Shown: positions 44,587 through 44,587 of the stretch, piece after piece
How the letters are laid out: each line of letters opens with the position of its first letter
Numbering within the stretch: position 1 is the first letter of the stretch
The notes under the pieces: model-generated
What the model was told of the DNA's origin: nothing
The model's database searches: none
The model's input: only the letters and a program-made list of their open reading frames with translations
Source: a virus
Length of the DNA stretch: 44,587 nucleotides
Virus genome (UHGV): UHGV-0201915
Direction: 5' to 3' (one strand)
Program-made: the position numbers and the translations under genes

Positions 44587-44587
44587 A

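Noticed and set aside
1-44587. CRISPR arrays, rRNA genes, IS/transposase genes, reverse transcriptase (retron/DGR)
   Set aside because: I looked for regularly spaced direct repeats, RT motifs (YxDD) and transposase-like ORFs and found none. Dispersed repeats such as the TTTCGG...CCGAAA operator family and the AGATCCGG element are explained above.

Overview
The window is dominated by one ~41 kb temperate siphovirus-type prophage of a low-GC Gram-positive, probably Lactobacillales-like host, judging by gene content, GGAGG-type ribosome-binding sites and a signal-peptide LysM endolysin. It runs from a tyrosine integrase (710..1846, minus strand) to the endolysin (ending 41433). In order it contains: a lysogeny module (Zn-ribbon membrane protein, Ltp-like superinfection-exclusion lipoprotein, cI-like HTH/S24 repressor, Cro, KilAC antirepressor) with four palindromic operators and a clear PR promoter; a mixed-strand accessory region (5.0-7.5 kb); a recombination/replication module (replisome organizer with internal iteron-like repeats, RusA, SSB); three adjacent DNA-methyltransferase-like genes; a short run of accessory genes (YopX and others) each preceded by a conserved ~28-nt intergenic element; an ArpU-like late regulator; a 1.1 kb non-coding locus with tRNA-like structures and an intrinsic terminator; and then terS, terL, portal, SPP1-gp7-like head morphogenesis protein, LQFFA scaffold, capsid, head-tail and tail genes with a canonical -1 frameshift chaperone pair, tape measure, Dit, Tal, a tail fibre carrying an SGNH esterase domain, and XhlA-like protein, holin and endolysin. 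The left flank has an ImmA/IrrE-like HEXXH peptidase gene and two copies of a composite repeat near the presumed attL. The right flank has terminators, a long-loop hairpin, a tRNA-like remnant, an AT-rich island with a small-protein/GNAT toxin-antitoxin-like pair, a lipoprotein gene and a frameshift-disrupted gene. No CRISPR array, rRNA or transposase was seen. Exact att cores could not be determined by eye.
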